Below are positions 44,569 to 53,486 of a stretch of DNA of 64,000 nt, piece after piece. The DNA comes from Hyphomicrobiales bacterium. Lineage in GTDB: Bacteria > Pseudomonadota > Alphaproteobacteria > Rhizobiales > TMED25. Position 1 is the stretch's first letter; every line of letters begins with the position of its first letter. Location of the stretch: positions 384,594 through 448,593 of the forward strand of contig JAYPPX010000001.1 of NCBI GenBank assembly GCA_038131735.1, written 5' to 3'. Under the pieces are notes generated by a model, which was not told the origin of the DNA, made no database searches, and saw only the letters and a list, made by a program, of their open reading frames with translations. A program made the translations under genes and the position numbers.

Positions 44569-47217
44569 ATGATTACATCAAATGAAGTTAGGAATGTTTT
44601 TCTTGATTATTTTAAATCAAAAAATCATACAATAAATAAATCAAGTTCACTCGTACCACAGAACGATCCTACGTTGCTATTCACCAATGCTGGGATGGTT
44701 CAGTTTAAAAATTTCTTTACCGGTGTTGAAAAAACTGATCTTGAAAGAGTTGTCACTTCACAAAAGTGTGTAAGAGCTGGTGGTAAGCATAACGATCTGG
44801 ATAATGTAGGATACACTCATAGACATCATACGTTCTTTGAAATGCTGGGTAATTTCTCATTTGGTGATTATTTCAAAGAAGGTGCTATTGAATACGCATG
44901 GGAATTGATAACTAAAGAATATGCAATTCCAAAAGAAAAACTTCTAGTAACGGTATTTCATGAAGATACTGACGCTCTTAATTTATGGAAAAAGATTTCC
45001 GGATTAAGTGATGATAAAATTATAAAAATAAATACAAGCGATAATTTTTGGTCAATGGGTGATACTGGACCATGTGGTCCATGTTCAGAAATTTTTTACG
45101 ATCATGGAGATCACATCGAAGGAGGACCACCTGGCTCACCAAATGAAGATGGTGATCGTTTTGTAGAAATTTGGAATTTAGTTTTTATGCAGTATGAGCA
45201 AGTTGACTCATCCAAAAGGATTGATTTACCAAATCCATCCATAGATACCGGTATGGGTTTAGAGCGCATGACTGCTGTACTGAATGGAACTCACTCAAAT
45301 TTTGATATCGATATATTCCAGTCAATAATAAATAAAATAGCTGATGTAGTTAAAAAATCACCAGATAGTGATATCGCAAGTTACAGAGTAATTGCAGATC
45401 ATCTAAGATCAACGGCATTTCTGATAGCTGATGGTGTATTGCCATCTAATGAAGGAAGGGGGTATGTCCTAAGAAGAATATGTAGACGCGCAACAAGACA
45501 TGCAGATTTAATAGGATATAAGAAACCATTATTACATAAACTATTACCAACACTAATTGAAGCTATGGGAGACGCATATCCAGAGATAGGTAATAATATT
45601 TCGCTTATTAAAGAAACAATAGAATATGAAGAAACTAAATTTAGAGAAACCTTAAGTAGAGGACTTAAAATACTAAATGATGAGCTAGACAATCATTCAA
45701 AGGATGAAGTGTTCTCCGGTAAGACAGCATTCAAGTTATACGATACTTATGGATTTCCATTAGACTTAACGGAGGACCTTTTAAAGGCAAAGAATATGAC
45801 TGTCGACATAAACGCCTTTAACGCAGAAATGGACCATCAAAAAAGTCAAACTAAAGCTTCATGGAAGGGTTCTGGTGAACAAGTGGATAATAAATTTTAT
45901 TTTGAATTGCTGAATAAATATCCTCAAACAATATTTCATGGGTATAGTGATTATGAGTCTGCAGGTAATGTTATTGCTATCATTGCAGATGAAAAAGAAG
46001 TTGATGTAGTAAAGGCAGATCATGATGCAACTTTGATAATGGACCAAACAGTATTTTATGCTGAGTCGGGAGGGCAAGTTGCAGATATAGGGGAATTTAT
46101 AAGCGAAGATGCTAGCATTAGGTTCATCATAAAAGATGTACAAAAAATTGGTGGATCTATTTTTCTTCATAAGGGGACGCTCACTCAAAAATCAAAAGAT
46201 TTAAAAGTTGGACAAAAATTATTGCAAAAAATTGATAGAGATTTTAGGAAAAAGATTTCAACAAATCATTCAGCAACCCATCTACTTCATGAGTCATTAA
46301 GGCAAATATTAGGTGACCATATCTCTCAAAAAGGATCTTTGGTTAATGATAAAAGATTAAGATTTGATTTTAGTCATCAAAAACCAATACCAAATGATGA
46401 TATTTTAGAAATTGAAAAAATAGCGAACTATATTGTAATGCAAAACAACTCAGTTGAAACACAAGTTATGTCAACTGATGATGCTATGAAGACCGGTGCG
46501 AGAGCTCTATTTGGTGAAAAATATGGAGAAGAAGTGAGGGTTGTATCAATGGGTAATTTAAATGATAAAAAATTCTCTGTTGAGTTGTGCGGTGGAACTC
46601 ATGTGAAAAACACTGGCGACATTGGTCCAATAAAAATTATGGCAGAGCAGGGTATCGCCTCAGGTGTAAGAAGAATTGAAGCTATTACTGGACAAGAAGC
46701 GATAGACTATTTGTCAAAACAAAATTCTCGAATGATTAAAGCTGGAGAACTTCTCAATGCACAAGGCGATGATATTATTGAAAAATTAGAGTTATTAATC
46801 AAGCAGAAAAAGAATATCGAAAAGGAACTTGATGCTTTAACTCAAAAGGATAAATTCAAGAATATAAGTGATAATCTTGAGGAGTTAATGGTAGGTGATG
46901 TAAATCTAATATACCAAAATCTTGATGATGTCTCACCAAAAGATTTACGAAAGCTAATGGATGACACAAAGGCAAGAGTCAAATCTGCAATCATCATTCT
47001 CATAGGTGATCAAGATGGTAAAAAAATGCTTATTGTAGGCGTTACGAATGATTTAGTGGATAAGTACAGTGCAAATGAAATCGTAAAAATAATATCTGAA
47101 TTCTCAGATATCAAAGGTGGAGGACGAAACGATATGGCCCAAGCTGGTGGTAGCACTGTAGGAGAAAAAAATCAAATAATAAACTCTGTCTCTGTATATA
47201 TCAGAGATAAAGATTAA
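44569..47217 (+). CDS. alaS: Alanyl-tRNA synthetase
   Basis: An 882-aa protein with class II core motifs (FTNAGMVQFK, RAGGKHNDLDNVG), the editing-domain HxxxH (HSATHLLH) and CGGTHV, and a C-terminal DHHA1 region. Confidence 0.97.
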   Translation: MITSNEVRNVFLDYFKSKNHTINKSSSLVPQNDPTLLFTNAGMVQFKNFFTGVEKTDLERVVTSQKCVRAGGKHNDLDNVGYTHRHHTFFEMLGNFSFGDYFKEGAIEYAWELITKEYAIPKEKLLVTVFHEDTDALNLWKKISGLSDDKIIKINTSDNFWSMGDTGPCGPCSEIFYDHGDHIEGGPPGSPNEDGDRFVEIWNLVFMQYEQVDSSKRIDLPNPSIDTGMGLERMTAVLNGTHSNFDIDIFQSIINKIADVVKKSPDSDIASYRVIADHLRSTAFLIADGVLPSNEGRGYVLRRICRRATRHADLIGYKKPLLHKLLPTLIEAMGDAYPEIGNNISLIKETIEYEETKFRETLSRGLKILNDELDNHSKDEVFSGKTAFKLYDTYGFPLDLTEDLLKAKNMTVDINAFNAEMDHQKSQTKASWKGSGEQVDNKFYFELLNKYPQTIFHGYSDYESAGNVIAIIADEKEVDVVKADHDATLIMDQTVFYAESGGQVADIGEFISEDASIRFIIKDVQKIGGSIFLHKGTLTQKSKDLKVGQKLLQKIDRDFRKKISTNHSATHLLHESLRQILGDHISQKGSLVNDKRLRFDFSHQKPIPNDDILEIEKIANYIVMQNNSVETQVMSTDDAMKTGARALFGEKYGEEVRVVSMGNLNDKKFSVELCGGTHVKNTGDIGPIKIMAEQGIASGVRRIEAITGQEAIDYLSKQNSRMIKAGELLNAQGDDIIEKLELLIKQKKNIEKELDALTQKDKFKNISDNLEELMVGDVNLIYQNLDDVSPKDLRKLMDDTKARVKSAIIILIGDQDGKKMLIVGVTNDLVDKYSANEIVKIISEFSDIKGGGRNDMAQAGGSTVGEKNQIINSVSVYIRDKD

Positions 47218-47227
47218 TATACTATAA

Positions 47228-47614
47228 TTAATGGCATTTTTTACAATAACCAAATATTTCTAGGTTATGTGTGGAGTATTTGAAATCTGATTTTTTTGTA
47301 AGTTTTGAGAATTCATCCGATAAATTTTTTTCAATTATCTCACTAACATTTTTGCATTTCTCGCAAATTATGAAGGATGTGGATTTTTTTGTATCACAAT
47401 TTTTATTTTTGCAGGCAATATAAGAATTTAGGCTTTCAATTTTATGAACAGCACCAATCTCAATTAATTTATCAAGCGCACGGTATACTTGTTGAGGTGA
47501 TTTAATACCTTTCTGCTGAATATTAAAAAGAATGCTATATGCTCCGAGAGGCTGATCAGACTTCTCAAGGGAATTTAGAACTATTTGTTGATTATTAGTT
47601 AAATTTTTATCCAT
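47228..47614 (-). CDS. zur: Small Fur-family repressor, probably Zur
   Basis: Winged-helix N-terminus (QQVYRALDKLIEIGAVHKIE) and paired CxxC motifs (CEKC, CKKC). It is the last gene of the znuC-znuB operon. Confidence 0.65.
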   Translation of the reverse strand: MDKNLTNNQQIVLNSLEKSDQPLGAYSILFNIQQKGIKSPQQVYRALDKLIEIGAVHKIESLNSYIACKNKNCDTKKSTSFIICEKCKNVSEIIEKNLSDEFSKLTKKSDFKYSTHNLEIFGYCKKCH

Positions 47615-47625
47615 GCGTTAATTTC

Positions 47626-48441
47626 CTATTTAATTCTCGCACCAAATACTCTCTTTGTTATTGGTAGTAATGATATAATAAATAATAGAGAAGCTGCAAC
47701 CAAAATCGATGGTCCAGACGATGTATTGATCTCTAGTGATGTGTATAATCCAATAACGATTGAAAATACTCCTGCCATACTTGCAATGAATAGCATTTGA
47801 ATTGGGTTTGATGATAAATTTCTAGCAAGCGCTGCTGGTATAATTAACAGTCCTGTAATGAGAAGGATCCCTATTATTTTTATTGATATTGCAATTAGTC
47901 CAGATAGCAGGATAATAAATATTATATCGTACCTTTTTGGTTTCATATTTTCTGAAGCAGCAATATCCCGGTTTACAGTTGCAGCGATTAAATATGGCCA
48001 AATTTTATAAAAAATTAATAATATTAATGGCCCAATGGTCCAAATGACCACCACATCAACTTTACTAACAGCAAGTATGTCCCCAAATAATAGTCCCATT
48101 ATATCAAAGCGAATAAATGAGAGATAGCCAACCACTAGTAATCCAAGTGATAAACTTGCATGAGATAATAATCCAAGCAAAGAGTCAGAAGGCAGCTCTG
48201 TTTTTTCAAGTAGATAGAGTAACAAGATTGCAACGATAATTGATACTAAGAAGACGGTGATTGAAATATTTATGGAAAAAATGTAACCGAGAGTAACACC
48301 GAGCAGGGATGAGTGTGATAGGGTTTCACCAAAATATGATAGTCGTCTCCAAATAACAAAGCAGCCAAAGGGACCGGCAATTAATGCAATACCAATGCCA
48401 ACTATTAACGCTCTTATGAAAAAATCATCTAATGTTATCAT
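47626..48441 (-). CDS. znuB: Zinc ABC transporter permease
   Basis: An ABC-3-family multi-TM protein. Context is znuC upstream and znuA divergent. Confidence 0.85.
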   Translation of the reverse strand: MITLDDFFIRALIVGIGIALIAGPFGCFVIWRRLSYFGETLSHSSLLGVTLGYIFSINISITVFLVSIIVAILLLYLLEKTELPSDSLLGLLSHASLSLGLLVVGYLSFIRFDIMGLLFGDILAVSKVDVVVIWTIGPLILLIFYKIWPYLIAATVNRDIAASENMKPKRYDIIFIILLSGLIAISIKIIGILLITGLLIIPAALARNLSSNPIQMLFIASMAGVFSIVIGLYTSLEINTSSGPSILVAASLLFIISLLPITKRVFGARIK

Positions 48442-48458
48442 GTTTGTGCTATATCCAA

Positions 48459-49181
48459 TTAATGTGAATGATCATGATCGTGCTCATATGGAGAGAGTGT
48501 TTGTGCTGCTTTTACACCAAATAAATCAATAAATTCTTTACTTTGAACAATTGTTTTTGGAGATCCTGAACAACATATATGTCCGTTTAAACAAATTACA
48601 TTATTTGTACTGGACATAACAAAATGCAAATCATGCGATATTAATATTGTGCCACAGTTTAGTTCAGAAGATAATTTATTAATTAGATTGTACAGAGCAA
48701 TTTCACCATTAAAGTCCACACCTTGAACCGGCTCATCCAGAATTAATAGTTCTGGCTTATTTACAATCGCTCTTGCTAGAAGTACTCTTTGAAATTCTCC
48801 CCCTGATAAGTTATCTAGATTTTTGAATAAAAGGGAATCCACACCTGTCATTTCAAGTGCATTATTTATATCCTCTAGTTTTATTTTTTTGGTAAGCCTC
48901 ATAAAGTCAATGACCCTAAGAGGAAGGGTCCAGTTAATTTGAAGTTTTTGAGGCACATAAGCAATTTTATTTGTATGTAGAGTTATACTTCCTTTGTCTG
49001 GCTTTAATATACCGAGTGCCATTTTCGCAGTGGTGCTTTTTCCGGAACCATTTGGCCCAATTATTGTTAAGATTTCACCTTCACTTAATGAGAAACTTAC
49101 GTCTTTTACAAGCCATTTACCATATCTTGCTACACCAGCGCCATTCAGTTCCAATAAAATTTTATTCTCTTTTTCAATCAT
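48459..49181 (-). CDS. znuC: Zinc ABC transporter ATP-binding protein
   Basis: GPNGSGKST, LSGGEFQR and LILDEP, with a His-rich C-terminus (YEHDHDHSH). Confidence 0.85.
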   Translation of the reverse strand: MIEKENKILLELNGAGVARYGKWLVKDVSFSLSEGEILTIIGPNGSGKSTTAKMALGILKPDKGSITLHTNKIAYVPQKLQINWTLPLRVIDFMRLTKKIKLEDINNALEMTGVDSLLFKNLDNLSGGEFQRVLLARAIVNKPELLILDEPVQGVDFNGEIALYNLINKLSSELNCGTILISHDLHFVMSSTNNVICLNGHICCSGSPKTIVQSKEFIDLFGVKAAQTLSPYEHDHDHSH

Positions 49182-49212
49182 TTTATGGTTTTTTTTATTT
49201 TACAATTGTTAT

Positions 49213-49225
49213 GTTATAATATAAC
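49213..49225. promoter_or_regulatory. Zur box (GTTATA-a-TATAAC) in the divergent znuC / znuA control region
   Basis: A perfect 6-1-6 palindrome within aTGTTATAATATAACgt. It matches the core of the classical Zur operator (TGTTATAnTATAACA). It lies 32-44 nt upstream of znuC and 53-65 nt upstream of znuA. Confidence 0.65.
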
Positions 49226-49277
49226 GTTCTTTTAATATCAAATTAATAATTCAAAATAACATAATAAAGAAAAAAAT

Positions 49278-50438
49278 ATGCAAAATTCTATTAAAATTAA
49301 ATTCTATATTCCAATTATAATTTTTATATTAACATTTTCAAATGACGCAAAATCAGATCTAAATGTTGTCACCTCTATAAAACCAATCCACTCCATAGCT
49401 TCCAATATAATGGATGGGGTATCCGAGCCAACTTTACTTCTCGAGGGAACAACATCGCCACACAGTTATATTATGAAGCCATCACATGTTGAGGCTATCA
49501 ATAATGCAGATTTGATTTTTTTTGTCAGCGATGAGCATCTAGAAACCTTCCTAGCAAAACCTCTTAGTAATATAAATAATAATGCTAAGATTGTGGAGTT
49601 AATGGATAATGAAGAACTTTTTATTTTGAAGTTTAGAGAAAAAAATATTTATCTGGGCGATGACCATGACGATCATGATGACCATAATGACCACCATGAT
49701 GAAGACAAGCATGCGAAACATGATGACCATGATGAACACGATGAGCACGATGACCACCATGATGAAGACAAGCATACGAAACATGATGACCACGATGAAC
49801 ATGATGACCATGACGATCATGATGACCATAATGACCACCATGATGAAGACAAGCATACGAAACATGATGACCACGATGAACATGATGACCATGACGAGCA
49901 TGGGCATCACGAGCATGCGCACGGTGAGTTTGATGCCCACATTTGGTTGGATCCATTTAATGCAAAGGTTATTGCAAATAATATCGCAGAAGAGCTATCA
50001 AAATTGGACCCAGCGAATACATCAACTTACCAAAATAACAGAGATAAATTTGTTGAAAAGGTCAGGGATACGGAGGAAAAAATTAGCCAGCAACTTGATC
50101 ACTATATCAGCTATGTAACATTTCATGATGCATACCAATACTTTGAAAATAGATTTGATGTACCGTCAAGTGGGGCATTAACTATAAATCCTGGTGTTAT
50201 GCCGGGAGCAAGAGAGCTAAGTGACGTCAGGGAGTTGATGGCTGACAACGACATACATTGCATCTTCTCAGAACCAGAGTTTAACCCAAAAGTTGTTGAG
50301 GTAATCGCAGAGGATACGAATACTAAAATGGGTATTCTTGATCCAACAGGAGTGACAATTCCTCTTGGTAAGGGCCATTACTTTGAAGTCCTTACAGATA
50401 TTGCTGATAGCTTGGAGGATTGTGGTCACGATCATTAA
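49278..50438 (+). CDS. znuA: Periplasmic zinc-binding protein ZnuA with an expanded His/Asp-rich loop
   Basis: Signal peptide, cluster A-I SBP pattern (VVTSIKPIHSI..., HIWLDP, FHDAYQYF), and a ~90-aa D/H/E/K loop. Confidence 0.9.
   Translation: MQNSIKIKFYIPIIIFILTFSNDAKSDLNVVTSIKPIHSIASNIMDGVSEPTLLLEGTTSPHSYIMKPSHVEAINNADLIFFVSDEHLETFLAKPLSNINNNAKIVELMDNEELFILKFREKNIYLGDDHDDHDDHNDHHDEDKHAKHDDHDEHDEHDDHHDEDKHTKHDDHDEHDDHDDHDDHNDHHDEDKHTKHDDHDEHDDHDEHGHHEHAHGEFDAHIWLDPFNAKVIANNIAEELSKLDPANTSTYQNNRDKFVEKVRDTEEKISQQLDHYISYVTFHDAYQYFENRFDVPSSGALTINPGVMPGARELSDVRELMADNDIHCIFSEPEFNPKVVEVIAEDTNTKMGILDPTGVTIPLGKGHYFEVLTDIADSLEDCGHDH
49659..49928 (+). repeat. In-frame imperfect tandem repeat (units of 63, 63, 81 and 63 nt) encoding the ZnuA His/Asp loop
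   Basis: The units begin at 49659, 49722, 49785 and 49866. Each starts GATGACCA(T/C)GA. The first three end CACCATGATGAAGACAAGCAT(G/A)CGAAACAT (HHDEDKH[A/T]KH). Confidence 0.85.
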
Positions 50439-50462
50439 ATATTTATCTATTTAAGAAAATGT

Positions 50463-50500
50463 AAAGAATACATCGCTATTATTTTACTGTGTATTTCTTT
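50463..50500 (+). terminator. Weak AT-rich stem-loop after znuA (AAAGAATACA ... TGTAT[T]TCTTT followed by TT)
   Basis: A 10-bp stem with one bulged T and a 17-nt loop, read directly, followed by a T-rich tail. It is AT-rich and could arise by chance. Confidence 0.25.
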
Positions 50501-50516
50501 TTGGAGGATAATAAAT

Positions 50517-50924
50517 ATGATTGAAAATTTTAATGGACTTTTTTACTTCATAGTTTTTCTAATAGTTTTAGCAATGAATTCATTTTATGGTTTCAATTGT
50601 CTTTTTCGAACTGAAAAATTCTTAGCAAAATATAATGTTAGTATTGAAGCATCATTTTTTTGTAGATTTGCAGGTGCAATAATTTCTGCATCAGTTCTGA
50701 TGCAATTGTATATACTGTTCAGAGGTACTGAAGCAACATGGGCATTTTTTAATTTTATGTTTATTGGTATGACCCTCATTTCAGCAGCATCATTTTATGG
50801 TTATGAAGTTGATAAACTTGGATTAACTGATGGTGCAACTAGAGAGGGATATATTTCAACAGGTGTTCTAGCAATGCTTTGGGCAATACTTTGCTATGGT
50901 TTGGCTGATAAAATATACATCTAG
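50517..50924 (+). CDS. Hypothetical small integral membrane protein (about 4 TM helices)
   Basis: A 135-aa ORF with a good SD (GGAGGA) and four hydrophobic segments. No family recognised. Confidence 0.6.
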   Translation: MIENFNGLFYFIVFLIVLAMNSFYGFNCLFRTEKFLAKYNVSIEASFFCRFAGAIISASVLMQLYILFRGTEATWAFFNFMFIGMTLISAASFYGYEVDKLGLTDGATREGYISTGVLAMLWAILCYGLADKIYI

Positions 50925-51004
50925 CTAATTCTTAAGTTTGATGAATTCATTCTAAAAGAATTTCTTTATACCACTAGCAATTTATGTGTTTCTATATTGT
51001 TTAT

Positions 51005-51031
51005 TGGCTGCAGGTATATTTGCTGCAGCCA
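51005..51031. terminator. GC-rich stem-loop between convergent genes (tGGCTGCAG-9 nt-CTGCAGCCa), a candidate bidirectional terminator
   Basis: A 9-bp stem with 6 G:C pairs, read directly. It is centred in the 149-nt spacer between 50517..50924 (+) and 51074..52441 (-). The flanks are A/T-rich, but no clean U-tract is present. Confidence 0.45.
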
Positions 51032-51073
51032 TATTAATAATAAAAGTTATAACTTTTTTATTTAGTTTATAAT

Positions 51074-52441
51074 TTAAGCCCAAGGCTTGATGGCATCTTT
51101 TAGTTTTTTGTACCCATCAATAAATCCAGGCCTATCTGCTGTATAAATATTATCAAACTTATTGAGGGCATCATCAAGCCAAGTCTTAAGTTTTTCGTTA
51201 CCCGGGTTTGCGTCTAAATAGGCGTCTCTAATCAAAACAAAATGTATTCTTGGATCATATGGTTTTTTAGTTCCACCGACTGTTTCATCCCCATCCAGAA
51301 GTCTAAGTAACATAGCATCAGCAGAGCCGAGTGTTTGTTCGTGTATTGGCGGTCCATCCATTCTATACATAACAGATGTCATATCCCGACCATTCCCTGT
51401 AGTATAACCCATTTCGTTCCAAAGGTAGTCCATATGAGCTGTGGAGTTTACTTTTTTAAGTATTTTACTTCCAAAATATCTGAGTGGGTCTGATACATCT
51501 GCCAGTAAGTCTGTTAATCTATCACCATCTAGATCGGTAGCTAGTACAATACAGTCTTGATGGTTGATCAAATCCCAGAGTAATAAGCCATAATTTGTAT
51601 CCGCAATATGTTGTTCAATTTGTCCTGACCACTGGTCCATGCCAGCTTTAAAATCTTTGGGAAGTAATGCAATTATTTTATCGATATTTTCTTTGTGTTC
51701 GTCATAAGCATTTACTGCCCATTTTCTACCAACATTGAATTTTGTACCTTCAAGAAGCCAGGTAAGTAATCCTGCATTTATTCCATCTTCCATTGCTTGT
51801 GTTGGTTTAAACGCTACTCTTCCAAGTTTCTTAGTATCATTCACCATTTTCAGGAATAACCTTGCGGCATGGGCCATTTGAATACCAGGGGTATTCATTT
51901 CGGAATGAATTATCCCTGTTTTTTCGTCAACATTAAATACTTTCTTGTCTTGTGAGTATGGTAAACATGGCATGCATCTGACAACAGTTATAGGTCCATA
52001 TGGTCGAACATTACAGTAAACACCAGCTTGAGTTCTAAGTGGTGCATTTCCTGATTTACCCATGACAACTACTTTTGAACCATCTGCATCTTTTACATAT
52101 GCATCCCCAGCAGTGGACCACTTTATTGATGTTATTGGCATATTACCAAACCAACTCAAAGGTGCGAGCTTTAGATCATGTCTAATTTGTGACCACATAG
52201 GCAGCGCATAAAAAGGTAAGCCTAGTATATCAATTGCTGAAATTGTTCCTAATAATGCGAAGGCATCCGTTAATGAGTGAGCTATTGGGTTGATATCGGA
52301 ATTATGATTACCGCCCTTCCAGACTATTGCATCTGGATATCCATTTGGTCTCAAATCTGCCTTTTCATAAATGCCATCAAATATCTCATTGAGATTTCCT
52401 CCAGCTGCTTCAGTTTCTGCTATTTTAATTAGATCAATCAT
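51074..52441 (-). CDS. Hypothetical cytoplasmic protein, 455 aa, no family recognised
   Basis: A long uninterrupted ORF with non-repetitive, globular-looking composition. It has no signal peptide or TM helix and no nucleotide-binding or metal motif that I can name. Confidence 0.6.
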   Translation of the reverse strand: MIDLIKIAETEAAGGNLNEIFDGIYEKADLRPNGYPDAIVWKGGNHNSDINPIAHSLTDAFALLGTISAIDILGLPFYALPMWSQIRHDLKLAPLSWFGNMPITSIKWSTAGDAYVKDADGSKVVVMGKSGNAPLRTQAGVYCNVRPYGPITVVRCMPCLPYSQDKKVFNVDEKTGIIHSEMNTPGIQMAHAARLFLKMVNDTKKLGRVAFKPTQAMEDGINAGLLTWLLEGTKFNVGRKWAVNAYDEHKENIDKIIALLPKDFKAGMDQWSGQIEQHIADTNYGLLLWDLINHQDCIVLATDLDGDRLTDLLADVSDPLRYFGSKILKKVNSTAHMDYLWNEMGYTTGNGRDMTSVMYRMDGPPIHEQTLGSADAMLLRLLDGDETVGGTKKPYDPRIHFVLIRDAYLDANPGNEKLKTWLDDALNKFDNIYTADRPGFIDGYKKLKDAIKPWA

Positions 52442-52549
52442 TTAGTTACCTTATTTCTTATAAGCGTTTTTAAATATATAAATTATATTATATTTGTTAT
52501 AACAATAGATGTTTCTAGGTCAATATCAAATAATGGTTTTAATAAAATT

Positions 52550-53347
52550 ATGCCTCAAAAGATCCAAAAAATAGCTAATAATGTTGAGAAACAGAGTAAT
52601 TCACCAGTAATAATATTAGCCAAGCCTCAGTTGGGTAATAATATTGGTGCAACTGCTCGTGTTATGGCAAATTTTGGGGTATATAAATTAAGAGTGGTAA
52701 ATCCGAGAAGCGGATGGCTTAACTCTGAGACCTACAGTTCATCTTCCGGTGCATCTGCAATCATTGATAATGCTGGTATATTTGATGAAGTTAAAGATTC
52801 AATTACAGACCTAGATATTGTATACGCAACTACTGCAAGGAGAAGAGATATAATCAAAGAAGTTTTAAGTCCTAGATCAGCTGCTCATGATATGAGAGAT
52901 AACATAAAACTAGGTAAGAGAGTTGGAATCTTATTTGGAGGAGAAAAGTCTGGCTTATCAAATGAGGAGTTAACCTATGCAGATAAGATAATCACTGCTC
53001 CAGTAAATCCAGAATTCGCTTCTTTGAACCTTGCTCAAGCAGTTTGTGTAACTGTCTATGAGTACTATTCAAGTGGTGATGTTAAAGCCCTAGGGAGAGT
53101 TACTGAGAGTGACAGAGGAAGATTTGAGGGCTTGGCAAAGGATAAGACAAAAAATGCTAATAAAGAAGAATATATTCATTTTTTAGAGTTTTTAGAAAAG
53201 ACTCTCACCGATAAAGGGTTTTTTAGCGTTCCAGAAAAAAAGAGCATCATGTTGAATAATATTAGAAGTATGTTTCAACGACAAAACCTAACACAAAAAG
53301 ACATTAAAATCTTATTTGGAATTTTCAAACAAATTTTAAATAAGTAA
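52550..53347 (+). CDS. SpoU/TrmH-family RNA 2'-O-methyltransferase (TrmJ/LasT-like)
   Basis: ILAKPQLGNNIGATARVMANFG, FGGEKSGLSNEEL, and a SLNLAQAV knot-region pattern. Confidence 0.8.
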   Translation: MPQKIQKIANNVEKQSNSPVIILAKPQLGNNIGATARVMANFGVYKLRVVNPRSGWLNSETYSSSSGASAIIDNAGIFDEVKDSITDLDIVYATTARRRDIIKEVLSPRSAAHDMRDNIKLGKRVGILFGGEKSGLSNEELTYADKIITAPVNPEFASLNLAQAVCVTVYEYYSSGDVKALGRVTESDRGRFEGLAKDKTKNANKEEYIHFLEFLEKTLTDKGFFSVPEKKSIMLNNIRSMFQRQNLTQKDIKILFGIFKQILNK

Positions 53348-53486
53348 ACATATACAACTAATCGTTGACACAAAGATACATTGATTGTAGTGATATCTAT
53401 ATTTTTAACCCGCGAATTGATTTAGATATCAAAATTCTGTCAGCAATTTATTGCTTAGGAGGGCGGATCCAAATGGAGGATTTAGA

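Noticed and set aside
49599-50118. Three track ORFs (49599..49940 -, 49633..49956 -, 49660..50118 +) with bizarre M/I/V/H- or M/T-rich repetitive translations.
   Set aside because: They are alternative-frame and antisense readings of the GAT/GAC/CAT/CAC-rich tandem repeat that encodes the ZnuA His/Asp loop. The ZnuA frame is the only one with flanking conserved SBP sequence.
52494-52505. The perfect palindrome TTGTTATAACAA in the spacer upstream of the 455-aa unknown gene, as a possible second Zur box.
   Set aside because: It shares TGTTA/TAACA half-sites with the znu operator, but the arm spacing differs (0 versus 5 nt). By my rough estimate, 12-bp AT-rich palindromes with a single G:C pair are expected a few times per 64 kb by chance.
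53365-53370. A perfect TTGACA hexamer upstream of rpsD, as a -35 element.
   Set aside because: No acceptable -10 hexamer lies 16-19 nt downstream (the best is TAGTGA). I could not support a promoter call.
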